Shown here in pieces: positions 8,723-20,600 of a stretch of 64,000 bases of DNA. Where the stretch lies: positions 310,001 through 374,000 of the forward strand of contig JASTWF010000358.1 of assembly GCA_030390025.1 (NCBI GenBank). The letters run 5' to 3'. Each line of letters begins with the position of its first letter. Position 1 is the first letter of the stretch. The stretch comes from Squalus acanthias (taxonomy: Eukaryota). The notes below the pieces were generated by a model. It saw only the letters and a list, made by a program, of their open reading frames with translations. It was not told where the DNA came from and ran no database searches. Made by a program: the position numbers and the translations under genes.

Positions 8723-11122
8723 TGTAAGGGGTGACCTGTGGCTCTGTGGTTAGCCTGGGTGCTAGTGCGGGGTTAGGCCTTGTTGCCTGTTCTGGTCTCC
8801 AGCCAGCCTGATAACACTAGACACCTGTGAGTGGTTCGACCCACTCGCCCTTACGGTTCTGACACTGGGCTTAGGTGCGAGAGCAATAATGCAGAGAAAA
8901 CTCAGGTAGACCCGGTTGAGTAGTGCGAAATGGAAAATCTTTATTGCATATTATTCAAGATTACGAGATACATGTCATAAGCACAGATTAATGACAGTAC
9001 AATCTTACACACAGTTATGAAACTAATTTTAGGGAAACGAGGAGCGCATGACACATCGTAAAAAGGGACACACATTGGGCCGAAAATTGATCCCGGGACG
9101 TGAGAGTACGCACTGCGTACTCTCGCGTATTCCCACTCCAATTGCCGGTTTTCTGCATGCCCTGCGCATGCGCTGAAAACTGGCAATTGCTCTTCTGAAA
9201 AGGGGGCGGGTCCTGGGTGCATCGTGTGCACGCTACAGGCTGTGCGCACGCTGTGCACTTCATGCTTTGGACGCGCAGGTAAGTAGGGAAGATTTTGGAA
9301 ATGTAAAAAGGAGGAGTAAGACCCGCTTTTAAGAAGGTAAGTAGTGAATTAAGTATTTTTTTGAATTTTTTTTTACAGGTATATCTTTTTTAGAGACTTT
9401 AAAGAGAGGTAAGTTTATTTTTATAACTTTTTAAAAGATTTTAAAAATTTTCAAAAATTTAATTTTTTATTTAAAATGGTTAATTTAATTAACTATACTT
9501 ATTTTATTAATGTGATGGTTTTTTTTTAATTTAATTGAGGTTTAGCTATTATTTTGGGGGGGTGTAAGATTCATAGATTTCACAGCCATGCTGTGAGACT
9601 TATGAATGGAAGATGGTGTGCTGCCATTGGCTCTAACTGAGTCACGTGATCCCACAGCTCGCACGAATTCACTACGCCGCTGGGATACGCAAGCCCAGCA
9701 CAGCTGATGTCTGGAACATCAAGTTCGTGCGAGCTGGATCTGAAAAAGCACAAGCGAGGTGAGACATCGCGGGGAAGGCTTACCCCCGCGGGAATAGAGC
9801 GAGATCAATTTCTGGGCCAAAATACTTATCCTTAAAACTTAAACCCTCCCCTATCAATACCTGTCCTAATCTAGATTTGTAGGATCGAGACTCATGCTCA
9901 CCACTCGTGATAACTCGGAGAATTCCGAAACTCTGCTCGGATGTTTTTACCGCAGCACCTGACTATCCATGTGTTGATCAGGGGTCTCTGTACCCCACTT
10001 GTTTACTCGTTTCTGCTCCGGCTAGCAGGCTGGACCGTCTGCTGTCATGAAGATCTGTGTTGTCCTCGGAGTTCCGATACTACTCGAAAAAGAGTCTTCC
10101 TGTGCCCTCACCAGTTTGTAAAACTCAAAGAAAAGTCTTCCTGGGCAAGGAAGTGTTTATTCGACTTACAGGCGCGGTCGGGGCTTACTGACCGTGGCGA
10201 TACGTATTGTCGTCTTCTTCGCTTCTCATCTTATCTCCTCTCATCTCCTCTCGGGGCTTCGGTTCCAACACCGTTTACCGACTTCTCGGGATGGTGTGCC
10301 CGTTTCAAGGCCTCACAGCCCAGTTCTACACAGATCTTCGCGGCAAGCCACGAGGTTGATCCTAGCGGATCAGAGTCCAGAGCCGTCAGGCAAGAGAATA
10401 AAAGTTCAACAGTCTTCCAGCGAGTCAAAGCAGCAAGTGCAAAAAGAAGCAGAGACAGCAGTCAGCAGCAAGAGTAGCAAGAGGCAAGAGACAGATGGAC
10501 GGTTGTACCTTACAGTTATAGTGCTGTAATTCCTCTTTTCCCGCCCAATCTTAATGTCTATCTTTTGTCAGGGTTTTGGTGCTCAAACTTCTTGTATAGG
10601 GTGATCTCCATTTTTAATGGGTTTCGGTGATACTTGTAACTGTCTGAGTACCCGTTAATACTTCTCCCATTGTGGAACCGGCTAGTAGTCTCCCTGGAGG
10701 GGTTTTGGGGCTTCCAAATGCTTTCTGTAACTACCCGCAAACGGCTCTCTCATCGGAGAGTCGTGGGGATTTTGCATATTAATGTCTTTGGATGGGTTCT
10801 TGATCGCTCGGTACAATAGCCCTTATTCGCACCTGGGAGACCGATTCCAGTATTTATGTATAAAATGCAAACCCATCATGTCTTGTCAATTATCTCAAAT
10901 GTGCTGAGTCCTGTACGATCTTGCACAAATGTTTATTGGAACGCCATCTTGTCTGCCCATTGAAAGTCTAGAACGTTCTGCCACGAGGCGTGGCGGCCAT
11001 TTTACAGGCTGTTTGTGTCCGCTTTGAAACCTGACAGCATTCTGCTGAAATAAAGCTGTTTGTACGAAACTTTATGTCTCCTTCTTATTTTATAAAATCG
11101 CGATAATTTTGCGAATTCGACA
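8723..11122 (-). repeat. 5' LTR of provirus B (subtype 2), containing a roughly 740 bp MITE
   Basis: Minus-strand termini TGTCGAATTCGC...CCCCTTACA; near-identical reverse complement of LTR 11168-12870 apart from 9077-9818 and a short variable region. Confidence 0.92.
9077..9818. mobile_element. Non-autonomous DNA transposon (MITE), PIF/Harbinger-like, inserted in the LTR
   Basis: Absent from the other LTR copies (empty site cacatt|atactt). Imperfect TIRs GGGCCGAAAATTGATC / GATCAATTTCTGGGCC match 13/16. AT-rich core, no transposase, TSD not clean. Confidence 0.7.
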
Positions 11123-11167
11123 GGCAGAGTCCCAGAGACACAGAGTCCCAGAGAGAGAGAGAGATAG
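11123..11167 (+). repeat. 45-bp satellite remnant between two head-to-head LTRs
   Basis: ggcagagtcccagagacacagagtcccagagagagagagagatag; continues in register at 12871 (atagtcccagataaacagag) as in intact units, e.g. 15404-15470. Confidence 0.9.
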
Positions 11168-12870
11168 TGTAGAATTCGCAAAATTATCACGATTTTATAA
11201 AATAAGAAGGAGACATAAAGTTTCGTACAAACAGCTTTATTTCAGCAGAATGCTGTCGGGTTTCAAAACGGACACAAACAGCCTGTAAAATGGCCGCCAC
11301 GCCTCGTGGCAGAACGTTCTAGACTTTCAATGGGCAGACAAGATGGCGTTCCAATAAACATTTGTGCAAGATCGTACAGGACTCAGCACATTTGAGATAA
11401 TTGACAAGACATGATGGGTTTGCATTTTATACATAAATACTGGAATCGGTCTCCCAGGTGCAAATAAGGGCTATTGTACCGAGCGATCAAGGACCCATCC
11501 AAAGACATTAATATGCAAAATCCCCACGACTCTACGATGAGGGAGCCGTTTGCGGGTAGTTACAGAAAGCATTTGGAAGCCCCAAAACCCCTCCAGGGAG
11601 ACTACTAGCTGGTTCCACAATGGGAGAAGTATTAACGGGTACTCAGACAGTTACAAGTATCACCGAAACCCATTAAAGACGGAGATCACCCTATACAAGA
11701 AGTTTGAGCGCCAAAACCCTGAAAAAAGATAGACATTAAGATTGGGCGGGAAAAGAGGAATTACAGCACTATAACTGTAAGGTACAACCGTCCATCTTTC
11801 TCTTGCTGCTGACTGCTGCCTCTGTTTCTTCTTGCGCTTGCTGCTTTGACTCGCTGGAAGACTGTTGAACTTTTATTTTCTTGCCTGACGGCTCTGGACT
11901 CTGATCCGCTAGGATCAACCTCGTGACTTGCCGCGAAGATCTGTGGAGAACTGGGCTGTGAGGCCTTGAAACAGCCGCATCAACCCGAGAAGTCGGTAAA
12001 CGGTGTTGGAACCGAAGGCCCGAGAGGAGATGAGATGAGATGAGATGAGATGAGAAGAGAAGAAGACGACAATACGCATCGCCACGGTCAGTAAGCTCCG
12101 ACCGCGCCTGTAAGTCGAATAAACACTTCCTTGCCCAGGAAGACCCTTCTTTGAGTTTTACAGACAACTGGTGAGGGCACTTCCTTGCCTAGGAAGACCC
12201 TTCTTCGAGTTTTATCGAACCGGTGTGAGGGCACAGGAAGAGTCTTCTTTGAGTACTATCGGAACTCCGAGGACAACACAGATCTTCATGACAGCAGACG
12301 GTCCAGCCTGCTAGCCGGAGCAGAAAACGAGTAAACAAGTGGGGTACAGAGACCCCTGATCAGCACGTGAATAGTCAGGTGCTGCGGTAAAAACATCCGA
12401 GCAGAGTTTCGGAATTCTCCGAGTTATCACGAGTGGTGAGCATGAGTCTCGATCCTACAAATCTAGATTAGGACAGGTATTGATAGGGGAGGGTTTAAGT
12501 TTTAAGGATAAGTATAATGTCTGTCCCCTTTTACGATGTGTCATGCGCTCCTCGTTTCCCTAAAATTAGTTTCATAACTCTGTGTAAGATTGTACTGTCG
12601 TTAATCTGTGCTTATGACATGTATCTCGTAATCTTGAATAATATGCAATAAAGATTTTCCATTTCGCACTATTCAACCGGGTCTACCTGAGTTTTTCTCT
12701 GCATTACTGCTCTCGCACCAAAGTCCAGTGTCAGAACCGTAAGGGCGAGTGGGTCGAACCACTCACAGGAGTCTAGTGTTATCAGGCTGGCTGGAGACCA
12801 GAACAGGCAAAAAGGCCTAACCTCGCACGAGCACCCAGGCTAAGCACAGAGCCGCAGGTCACCCCTTACA
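11168..12870 (+). mobile_element. Solo LTR (1703 bp, subtype 2) in satellite, TSD ATAG
   Basis: atag|TGTAGAATTC...CCCCTTACA|atag; no PBS or PPT adjacent. Confidence 0.95.
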
Positions 12871-15724
12871 ATAGTCCCAGATAAACAGAGTGCCAGAAAG
12901 TGAGAAAGTCCCAGAGAGACAGATTCACACAGTGACGGAGTCCCAGAGAGAGGCAGACTCCCAGAAAGACAGAGTATCATGAACAGGCAGAGTCCCAGAG
13001 AGACAGTGTCCCACGGAGAGGCAGAGGCCCGGAGAGACAGAGTCCAAGAGAAAGGCAGAGTCCCAGAGATAGAGAGTCCCAGAGAGAGAGAGTCCCAGAG
13101 AGAGAGAGTCCCAGAGAGCGAGAGAGTCCCAGAGACACAGAGTCCCATAGAGAGGCAGAGTCCCAGAGAGACAGAGTCTCAGAGAGACAGAGTCCCAGAG
13201 AGATAGAGGTTCAGAGAGGAGCAGTGTCCCAGAGAGACACTGTTCCATAAAGAGGCAGGGTCCCAGAGAGACAGAGTCCCAGAGAGAGGCAGAGTCCCAG
13301 AGAGACAGAGTCCCAGGTAGAGGCAGAGTCACACAGAGACAGTGTCCCACCGAGAGGCAGAGGTCGCGAGAGACAGAGTCCCAGAGAGAGGCCGAGTCCC
13401 AGAGATAGAGTCCCAGAGAGAGATAGAGTCCCAGAGATCCAGTGTCCCAGAGAGCGAGAGAGTCCCAGAGAGACAGAGTACCATAGAGAGGCAGAGTCCC
13501 AGAGAGGCAGAGTCCCATAGAGACAGAGTCACAGAGAGAAGCAGAGTCCCAGAGAGACAAAGTCCCAGAGAGACAGAGTCCCAGAGAAACAGAGTCCCAT
13601 ATAGAGGCAGACTCACAGAGAGACAGAGACCCAGAAACAGTCAGAGTCCCAGAGAGACAGAGTGCCAGATAGAGATAGAGTCTCAGAGAGGAGCAGTGTC
13701 CCAGAGAGACAGTGTTCCATAAAGAGGCAGAGTCCAAGAGACACAGAGTCCCAGAGAGAGAGAGAGATAGTCCCAGATAAACAGAGTGCCAGAGATTGAG
13801 AGAGTCCCAGAGAGACAGATTCACATAGTGACGGAGTCCCACGGAGAGGCAGAGGCCCGGAGAGACAGAGTCCAAGAGAAAGGCAGAGTCCCAGAGATAG
13901 AGAGTCCCAGAGAGAGAGAGTCCCAGAGAGACAGAGTCCCAGAGAGCGAGAGAGTCCCAGAAACACAGAGTCCCATAGAGAGGCAGAGTCCCAGAGAGAC
14001 AGAGTCTCAGAGAGACAGAGTCCCAGAGAGATAGAGGCTCAGAGAGGAGCAGTGTCCCAGAGAGAAACTGTTCCATAAAGAGGCAGGGTCCCAGAGACAG
14101 AGTCCCAGAGAGAGGCAGACTCACAGAGAGACAGAGTCCCAGAAACAGGCAGAGTCCCAGAGAGACAGAGTCCCAGATAGAGGCAGAGTCACACAGAGAC
14201 GGTGTCCCACCGAGAGGCAGAGGTCGCGAGAGACAGAGTCCCAGAGAGAGGCCGAGTCCCAGAGATAGAGTCCCAGAGAGAGAGAGAGTACCAGAGAGCC
14301 AGTGTCCCAGAGAGCGAGAGAGTCCCAGAGAGACAGAGTCCCATAGAGAGGCAGAGTCCCAGAGAGGCAGAGTCCCAGAGAGACAGAGTCCCAGAGAGAA
14401 GCAGAGTCCCAGAGAGACAGAGTCCCAGATAGAGCCAGAGTCCCAGAAAGAGGCAGAGTCCCAGAGAGATAGAGGCTCAGAGAGGAGCAGTGTCCCAGAG
14501 AGAGAGCGTTCCAGAAAGAGGCAGAGTCCCAGAGAGACAGAGTCCCAGAGGGGGGCAGATTCCCAGAGATACAGAGTCCCAGAGAGAGGCAGAGTCCCAT
14601 AGAGACAGAGTCACAGAGAGACAGAGTCCCAGAGAGACAGAGTCGCATAGAGAGGCAGACTGCCAGAGAGACAGAGACCCAGGAACAGGCAGAGTCCCAG
14701 AGAGACAGGGAGCCAGATAGAGGCAGAGTCACAGAGAGACAGTGTCCCACGGAGAGGCCGAGGCCCAGAGAGACAGAGTCCCACAGAGAGGCAGAGTCAC
14801 AGAGATTCAGTGACCCACAGAGAGGCCGAGGCCCAGAGAGACAGAGTCCCAGAGAGCGAGACAGTCCCAGAGAGACAGAGTCCCAGATATTCCCAGAGTC
14901 CCAGAGAGAATGAGACCAAGAGACAGGCAGAGTCACAGAGAGACAGTGACCCAGGAAGAGGCAGAATCCCAGAGAGACAGATTTCCAGAGAGAGGCAGTA
15001 TCCCAGAGAGACAGAGTCCCAGAGAGAGAGAGAGAGTCCCAGAGAGACAGAGTCCCAGAGGGGGGCAGATTCCCAGAGATACAGAGTCCCAGAGATAGGC
15101 AGAGTCCCATAGAGACAGAGTCCCAGAGAGAGGCAGGGTCCGAGAGAGACAGAGTCCCAGAGAGATGCAGAGACCCAGAGAGACAGAGTCCCAGAGAGAG
15201 GCAGAGTACCAGAGAGACTGAGTCCCAGAGAGAAGCAGAGTCTCAGAGAGACAGTGTCCCAGAGAAAGACAGACTCCCAGAGAGACAGTGTCCCAGAGTG
15301 AGGCAGAGTCCCAGAGAGACAGGGTCCCAGATAGAGGCAGAGTCCCAGAGAGATAGAGTCTCAGAGAGGACCAGTGTCCCAGAGAGACAGTGTTCCATAA
15401 AGAGGCAGAGTCCCAGAGACACAGAGTCCCAGAGAGAGAGAGAGATAGTCCCAGATAAACAGAGTGCCAGAGAGTGAGAAGGTCCCAGAGAGACAGCTTC
15501 ACACAGTGACGGAGTCCCAGAGAGAGGCAGACTCCCAGAAAGACAGAGTACCATAAACAGGCAGAGTCCCAGAGAGACAGTGTCCCACGGAGAGGCTGAG
15601 GCCCGGAGAGACGGAGTCCAAGAGAAAGGCAGAGTCCCAGAGATAGAGAGTCCCAGAGAGAGAGAGTCCCAGAGAGACAGAGTCCCAGAGAGCGAGAGAG
15701 TCCCAGAGACACAGAGTCCCATAG
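12871..15724 (+). repeat. Diverged GA-rich satellite (16/18-bp subunits such as GAGAGACAGAGTCCCA and GAGAGAGGCAGAGTCCCA) with higher-order landmarks
   Basis: Recurrent variant units ttccataaagaggca, gataaacagagtgccag, cacagtgacggag, gtcgcgagagac, gggggcagattcc. Confidence 0.95.
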
Positions 15725-17368
15725 TGTAGAATTCGCAATATATCGCGATTTTATTAATAAGGAGAAAACACAGAGTTTCGTTCAAACAGCTTTTATTTCA
15801 GCAGAATGCTGTCAGGTTTCTCAAAGTGGACACAAGCAGCCTGTAAAAATGGCCGCCGCACCTCGTGACGGAACATTCTAGACTTTTCGACAGGCAGACA
15901 AGATGGCGTTCCAATAAACATTTGTGCAAGATCGATTAAGATTCAGCACATTGAAGATAATACACGAGACATTATGGGTTTGCAGTATACACATAAATAC
16001 TGAAATCGGTCTCCCAGGTACGAATGAAAGCTATTGTACCAAGTAATCAAGGGCCCATCCAAAGACATTAATATGTAAAATCCCAACGACTCTACGATGA
16101 GAGAGCCGTTAGCGGGTAGTTATACAAAACACTTGGAAGCCCCAAAACCCCTCCAGGGAGAACACCGACCGATTTAACAATGGGAGAAATATTAACAGGT
16201 ACTCAGGCATTTACGAGTAGCCCCGAAACCCATTAAAAACGGAGATCACCTATACAAGACATTTGAGCGCCAAACCCAAACAAAAGAAAGGACATTAAGG
16301 TTGGGCGGGAAACGGAAGATTTTGTACTATAATTACAAGCTCCAACCGTCCATCTTTCTCTTATCCGATCGACTCGTATCCTCGTGGCTGCTCCTGTGTT
16401 TTGACTCGTAGTCTTGTGCCTGCTTGCTTGGTGTCTCTTTTAAAAAGACTGTTGAACTTTATGATCCGTTCGGATCTACCTCGTGTCGTGTAACGAAGAC
16501 CTATGTTGGTAACTGGCATCGGAACCAAAGGCCCGGGATGAGATGAGATGAGATGAGATGAGATGAGAAGAGAGGAAGACCATACTTATCGCCACGGTCA
16601 GTAAGCCCCGACCGCGCCTGTAGGTCGAATAGCCAAGTTTCCTTGTCAGGGAGACTTCTTTGAACTTGCAAGAACGGACCTCGGAAGATCCTCCAAGAAG
16701 ATATTGACTGGTCTTTGAAACCCATCAGGACAGTGCCTGTTAAACCAACCAACACAGATCTTCATCACAGCAGACGTTCCAGCCTGCTAGCCGGAGCAGA
16801 AGCAAGTAAACAAGTGGGACCAGGAGACCCCCTGATCGACACGTGGGTGCTGTGGTGAAAACATCCGATCAGCTATTCGGAATTTCTCCGAGTTATCACG
16901 AGTGGTGAGCATGAGTCTCGAATCCTACGAATCTAGCTAGGACAGATATTGATAGGGGAGGGTTTAAGTATTAAGGATACTTGTAATGTGTGCCCCTATT
17001 TACGGTGTGTCGTTCGTTCCTCGTTTCCCTAGAATTAGCTATATAACTGTGTGTAAGATTGTACTGTCATTAATCTGTGCTTATGACATGTATTTCGTAA
17101 TCTTAAATATCATGCAATAAAGATTTTCCATTTCGTACCATTCAACCGAGTCTACATGAGTTTCATCTCCATTACTGCTCTTGCATCTAAGTCCAGTGTC
17201 TAGAACCGTAAGGGCGAGTGATTCGAACCACTCACAGGTGTGTCTAGTGCTCCCAGACTGGCTGGAGACCAGAACAGGCAACAAGGCCTAAACCCGCACT
17301 GACATACAGGCTGCACAGAGCCGCGCGAATCTCACAGGCTGAGAAACACGCACGCAAAATACCTTACA
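15725..17368 (+). mobile_element. Solo LTR (1644 bp, subtype 1) in satellite, TSD ATAG
   Basis: atag|TGTAGAATTC...ACCTTACA|atag. Confidence 0.95.
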
Positions 17369-17665
17369 ATAGAGAGGCAGAGTCCCAGAGAGGCAGAGTC
17401 ACACAGAGACAGTGTCCCACCGAGAGACAGAGGTCACGAGAGACAGAGTCCCAGAGAGAGGCCGAGTCCCAGAGATAGAGTCCCAGAGAGAGAGAGAGTC
17501 CCAGATAGCCAGTGTCCCAGAGAGCGAGAGAGTCCCAGAGAGACAGAGTCCCATAGAGAGGCAGAGTCCCAGAGAGACAGAGTCTCAGAGAGACAGAGTC
17601 CCAGAGAGATAGAGGCTCAGAGAGGAGCAGTGTCCCAGAGAGAAACTGTTCCATAAAGAGGCAGG
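17369..17665 (+). repeat. Diverged satellite segment
   Basis: Same variant subunits as 12871-15724. Confidence 0.9.
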
Positions 17666-20600
17666 GTCCCAGAAAGAGGCAGAGTCCCAGAAAGAGGCAG
17701 AGTCCCAGAAAGAGGCAGAGTCCCAGAAAGAGGCAGAGTCCCAGAAAGAGGCAGAGTCCCAGAAAGAGGCAGAGTCCCAGAAAGAGGCAGAGTCCCAGAA
17801 AGAGGCAGAGTCCCAGAAAGAGGCAGAGTCCCAGAAAGAGGCAGAGTCCCAGAAAGAGGCAGAGTCCCAGAAAGAGGCAGAGTCCCAGAAAGAGGCAGAG
17901 TCCCAGAAAGAGGCAGAGTCCCAGAAAGAGGCAGAGTCCCAGAAAGAGGCAGAGTCCCAGAAAGAGGCAGAGTCCCAGAAAGAGGCAGAGTCCCAGAAAG
18001 AGGCAGAGTCCCAGAAAGAGGCAGAGTCCCAGAAAGAGGCAGAGTCCCAGAAAGAGGCAGAGTCCCAGAAAGAGGCAGAGTCCCAGAAAGAGGCAGAGTC
18101 CCAGAAAGAGGCAGAGTCCCAGAAGAGGCAGAGTCCCAGAAAGAGGCAGAGTCCCAGAAAGAGGCAGAGTCCCAGAAAGAGGCAGAGTCCCAGAAAGAGG
18201 CAGAGTCCCAGAAAGAGGCAGAGTCCCAGAAAGAGGCAGAGTCCCAGAAAGAGGCAGAGTCCCAGAAAGAGGCAGAGTCCCAGAAAGAGGCAGAGTCCCA
18301 GAAAGAGGCAGAGTCCCAGAAAGAGGCAGAGTCCCAGAAAGAGGCAGAGTCCCAGAAAGAGGCAGAGTCCCAGAAAGAGGCAGAGTCCCAGAAAGAGGCA
18401 GAGTCCCAGAAAGAGGCAGAGTCCCAGAAAGAGGCAGAGTCCCAGAAAGAGGCAGAGTCCCAGAAAGAGGCAGAGTCCCAGAAAGAGGCAGAGTCCCAGA
18501 AAGAGGCAGAGTCCCAGAAAGAGGCAGAGTCCCAGAAAGAGGCAGAGTCCCAGAAAGAGGCAGAGTCCCAGAAAGAGGCAGAGTCCCAGAAAGAGGCAGA
18601 GTCCCAGAAAGAGGCAGAGTCCCAGAAAGAGGCAGAGTCCCAGAAAGAGGCAGAGTCCCAGAAAGAGGCAGAGTCCCAGAAAGAGGCAGAGTCCCAGAAA
18701 GAGGCAGAGTCCCAGAAAGAGGCAGAGTCCCAGAAAGAGGCAGAGTCCCAGAAAGAGGCAGAGTCCCAGAAAGAGGCAGAGTCCCAGAAAGAGGCAGAGT
18801 CCCAGAAAGAGGCAGAGTCCCAGAAAGAGGCAGAGTCCCAGAAAGAGGCAGAGTCCCAGAAAGAGGCAGAGTCCCAGAAAGAGGCAGAGTCCCAGAAAGA
18901 GGCAGAGTCCCAGAAAGAGGCAGAGTCCCAGAAAGAGGCAGAGTCCCAGAAAGAGGCAGAGTCCCAGAAAGAGGCAGAGTCCCAGAAAGAGGCAGAGTCC
19001 CAGAAAGAGGCAGAGTCCCAGAAAGAGGCAGAGTCCCAGAAAGAGGCAGAGTCCCAGAAAGAGGCAGAGTCCCAGAAAGAGGCAGAGTCCCAGAAAGAGG
19101 CAGAGTCCCAGAAAGAGGCAGAGTCCCAGAAAGAGGCAGAGTCCCAGAAAGAGGCAGAGTCCCAGAAAGAGGCAGAGTCCCAGAAAGAGGCAGAGTCCCA
19201 GAAAGAGGCAGAGTCCCAGAAAGAGGCAGAGTCCCAGAAAGAGGCAGAGTCCCAGAAAGAGGCAGAGTCCCAGAAAGAGGCAGAGTCCCAGAAAGAGGCA
19301 GAGTCCCAGAAAGAGGCAGAGTCCCAGAAAGAGGCAGAGTCCCAGAAAGAGGCAGAGTCCCAGAAAGAGGCAGAGTCCCAGAAAGAGGCAGAGTCCCAGA
19401 AAGAGGCAGAGTCCCAGAAAGAGGCAGAGTCCCAGAAAGAGGCAGAGTCCCAGAAAGAGGCAGAGTCCCAGAAAGAGGCAGAGTCCCAGAAAGAGGCAGA
19501 GTCCCAGAAAGAGGCAGAGTCCCAGAAAGAGGCAGAGTCCCAGAAAGAGGCAGAGTCCCAGAAAGAGGCAGAGTCCCAGAAAGAGGCAGAGTCCCAGAAA
19601 GAGGCAGAGTCCCAGAAAGAGGCAGAGTCCCAGAAAGAGGCAGAGTCCCAGAAAGAGGCAGAGTCCCAGAAAGAGGCAGAGTCCCAGAAAGAGGCAGAGT
19701 CCCAGAAAGAGGCAGAGTCCCAGAAAGAGGCAGAGTCCCAGAAAGAGGCAGAGTCCCAGAAAGAGGCAGAGTCCCAGAAAGAGGCAGAGTCCCAGAAAGA
19801 GGCAGAGTCCCAGAAAGAGGCAGAGTCCCAGAAAGAGGCAGAGTCCCAGAAAGAGGCAGAGTCCCAGAAAGAGGCAGAGTCCCAGAAAGAGGCAGAGTCC
19901 CAGAAAGAGGCAGAGTCCCAGAAAGAGGCAGAGTCCCAGAAAGAGGCAGAGTCCCAGAAAGAGGCAGAGTCCCAGAAAGAGGCAGAGTCCCAGAAAGAGG
20001 CAGAGTCCCAGAAAGAGGCAGAGTCCCAGAAAGAGGCAGAGTCCCAGAAAGAGGCAGAGTCCCAGAAAGAGGCAGAGTCCCAGAAAGAGGCAGAGTCCCA
20101 GAAAGAGGCAGAGTCCCAGAAAGAGGCAGAGTCCCAGAAAGAGGCAGAGTCCCAGAAAGAGGCAGAGTCCCAGAAAGAGGCAGAGTCCCAGAAAGAGGCA
20201 GAGTCCCAGAAAGAGGCAGAGTCCCAGAAAGAGGCAGAGTCCCAGAAAGAGGCAGAGTCCCAGAAAGAGGCAGAGTCCCAGAAAGAGGCAGAGTCCCAGA
20301 AAGAGGCAGAGTCCCAGAAAGAGGCAGAGTCCCAGAAAGAGGCAGAGTCCCAGAAAGAGGCAGAGTCCCAGAAAGAGGCAGAGTCCCAGAAAGAGGCAGA
20401 GTCCCAGAAAGAGGCAGAGTCCCAGAAAGAGGCAGAGTCCCAGAAAGAGGCAGAGTCCCAGAAAGAGGCAGAGTCCCAGAAAGAGGCAGAGTCCCAGAAA
20501 GAGGCAGAGTCCCAGAAAGAGGCAGAGTCCCAGAAAGAGGCAGAGTCCCAGAAAGAGGCAGAGTCCCAGAAAGAGGCAGAGTCCCAGAAAGAGGCAGAGT

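Larger units (their letters stand above)
4361..11122 (-). mobile_element. Provirus B: non-autonomous pol-deleted copy (5' LTR, PBS, gag, IN tail, env interrupted by A), inserted in satellite
   Basis: 5' LTR 11122-8723, PBS 8717-8700, gag, no PR/RT/RNase H/IN core, env from 5520. Satellite (ggcagagtccc) begins at 11123. Confidence 0.9.

Noticed and set aside
9941..10529. Accessory proteins encoded in the LTR (also 54965-55399, 3324-3747, 62825-63469)
   Set aside because: Starts, lengths and frames are not conserved among the six LTRs and shift with (GAGAT)n length.
11168..17368. One element with two LTRs enclosing captured satellite
   Set aside because: The LTRs are different subtypes, each has its own flanking ATAG duplication, and neither has a PBS or PPT.
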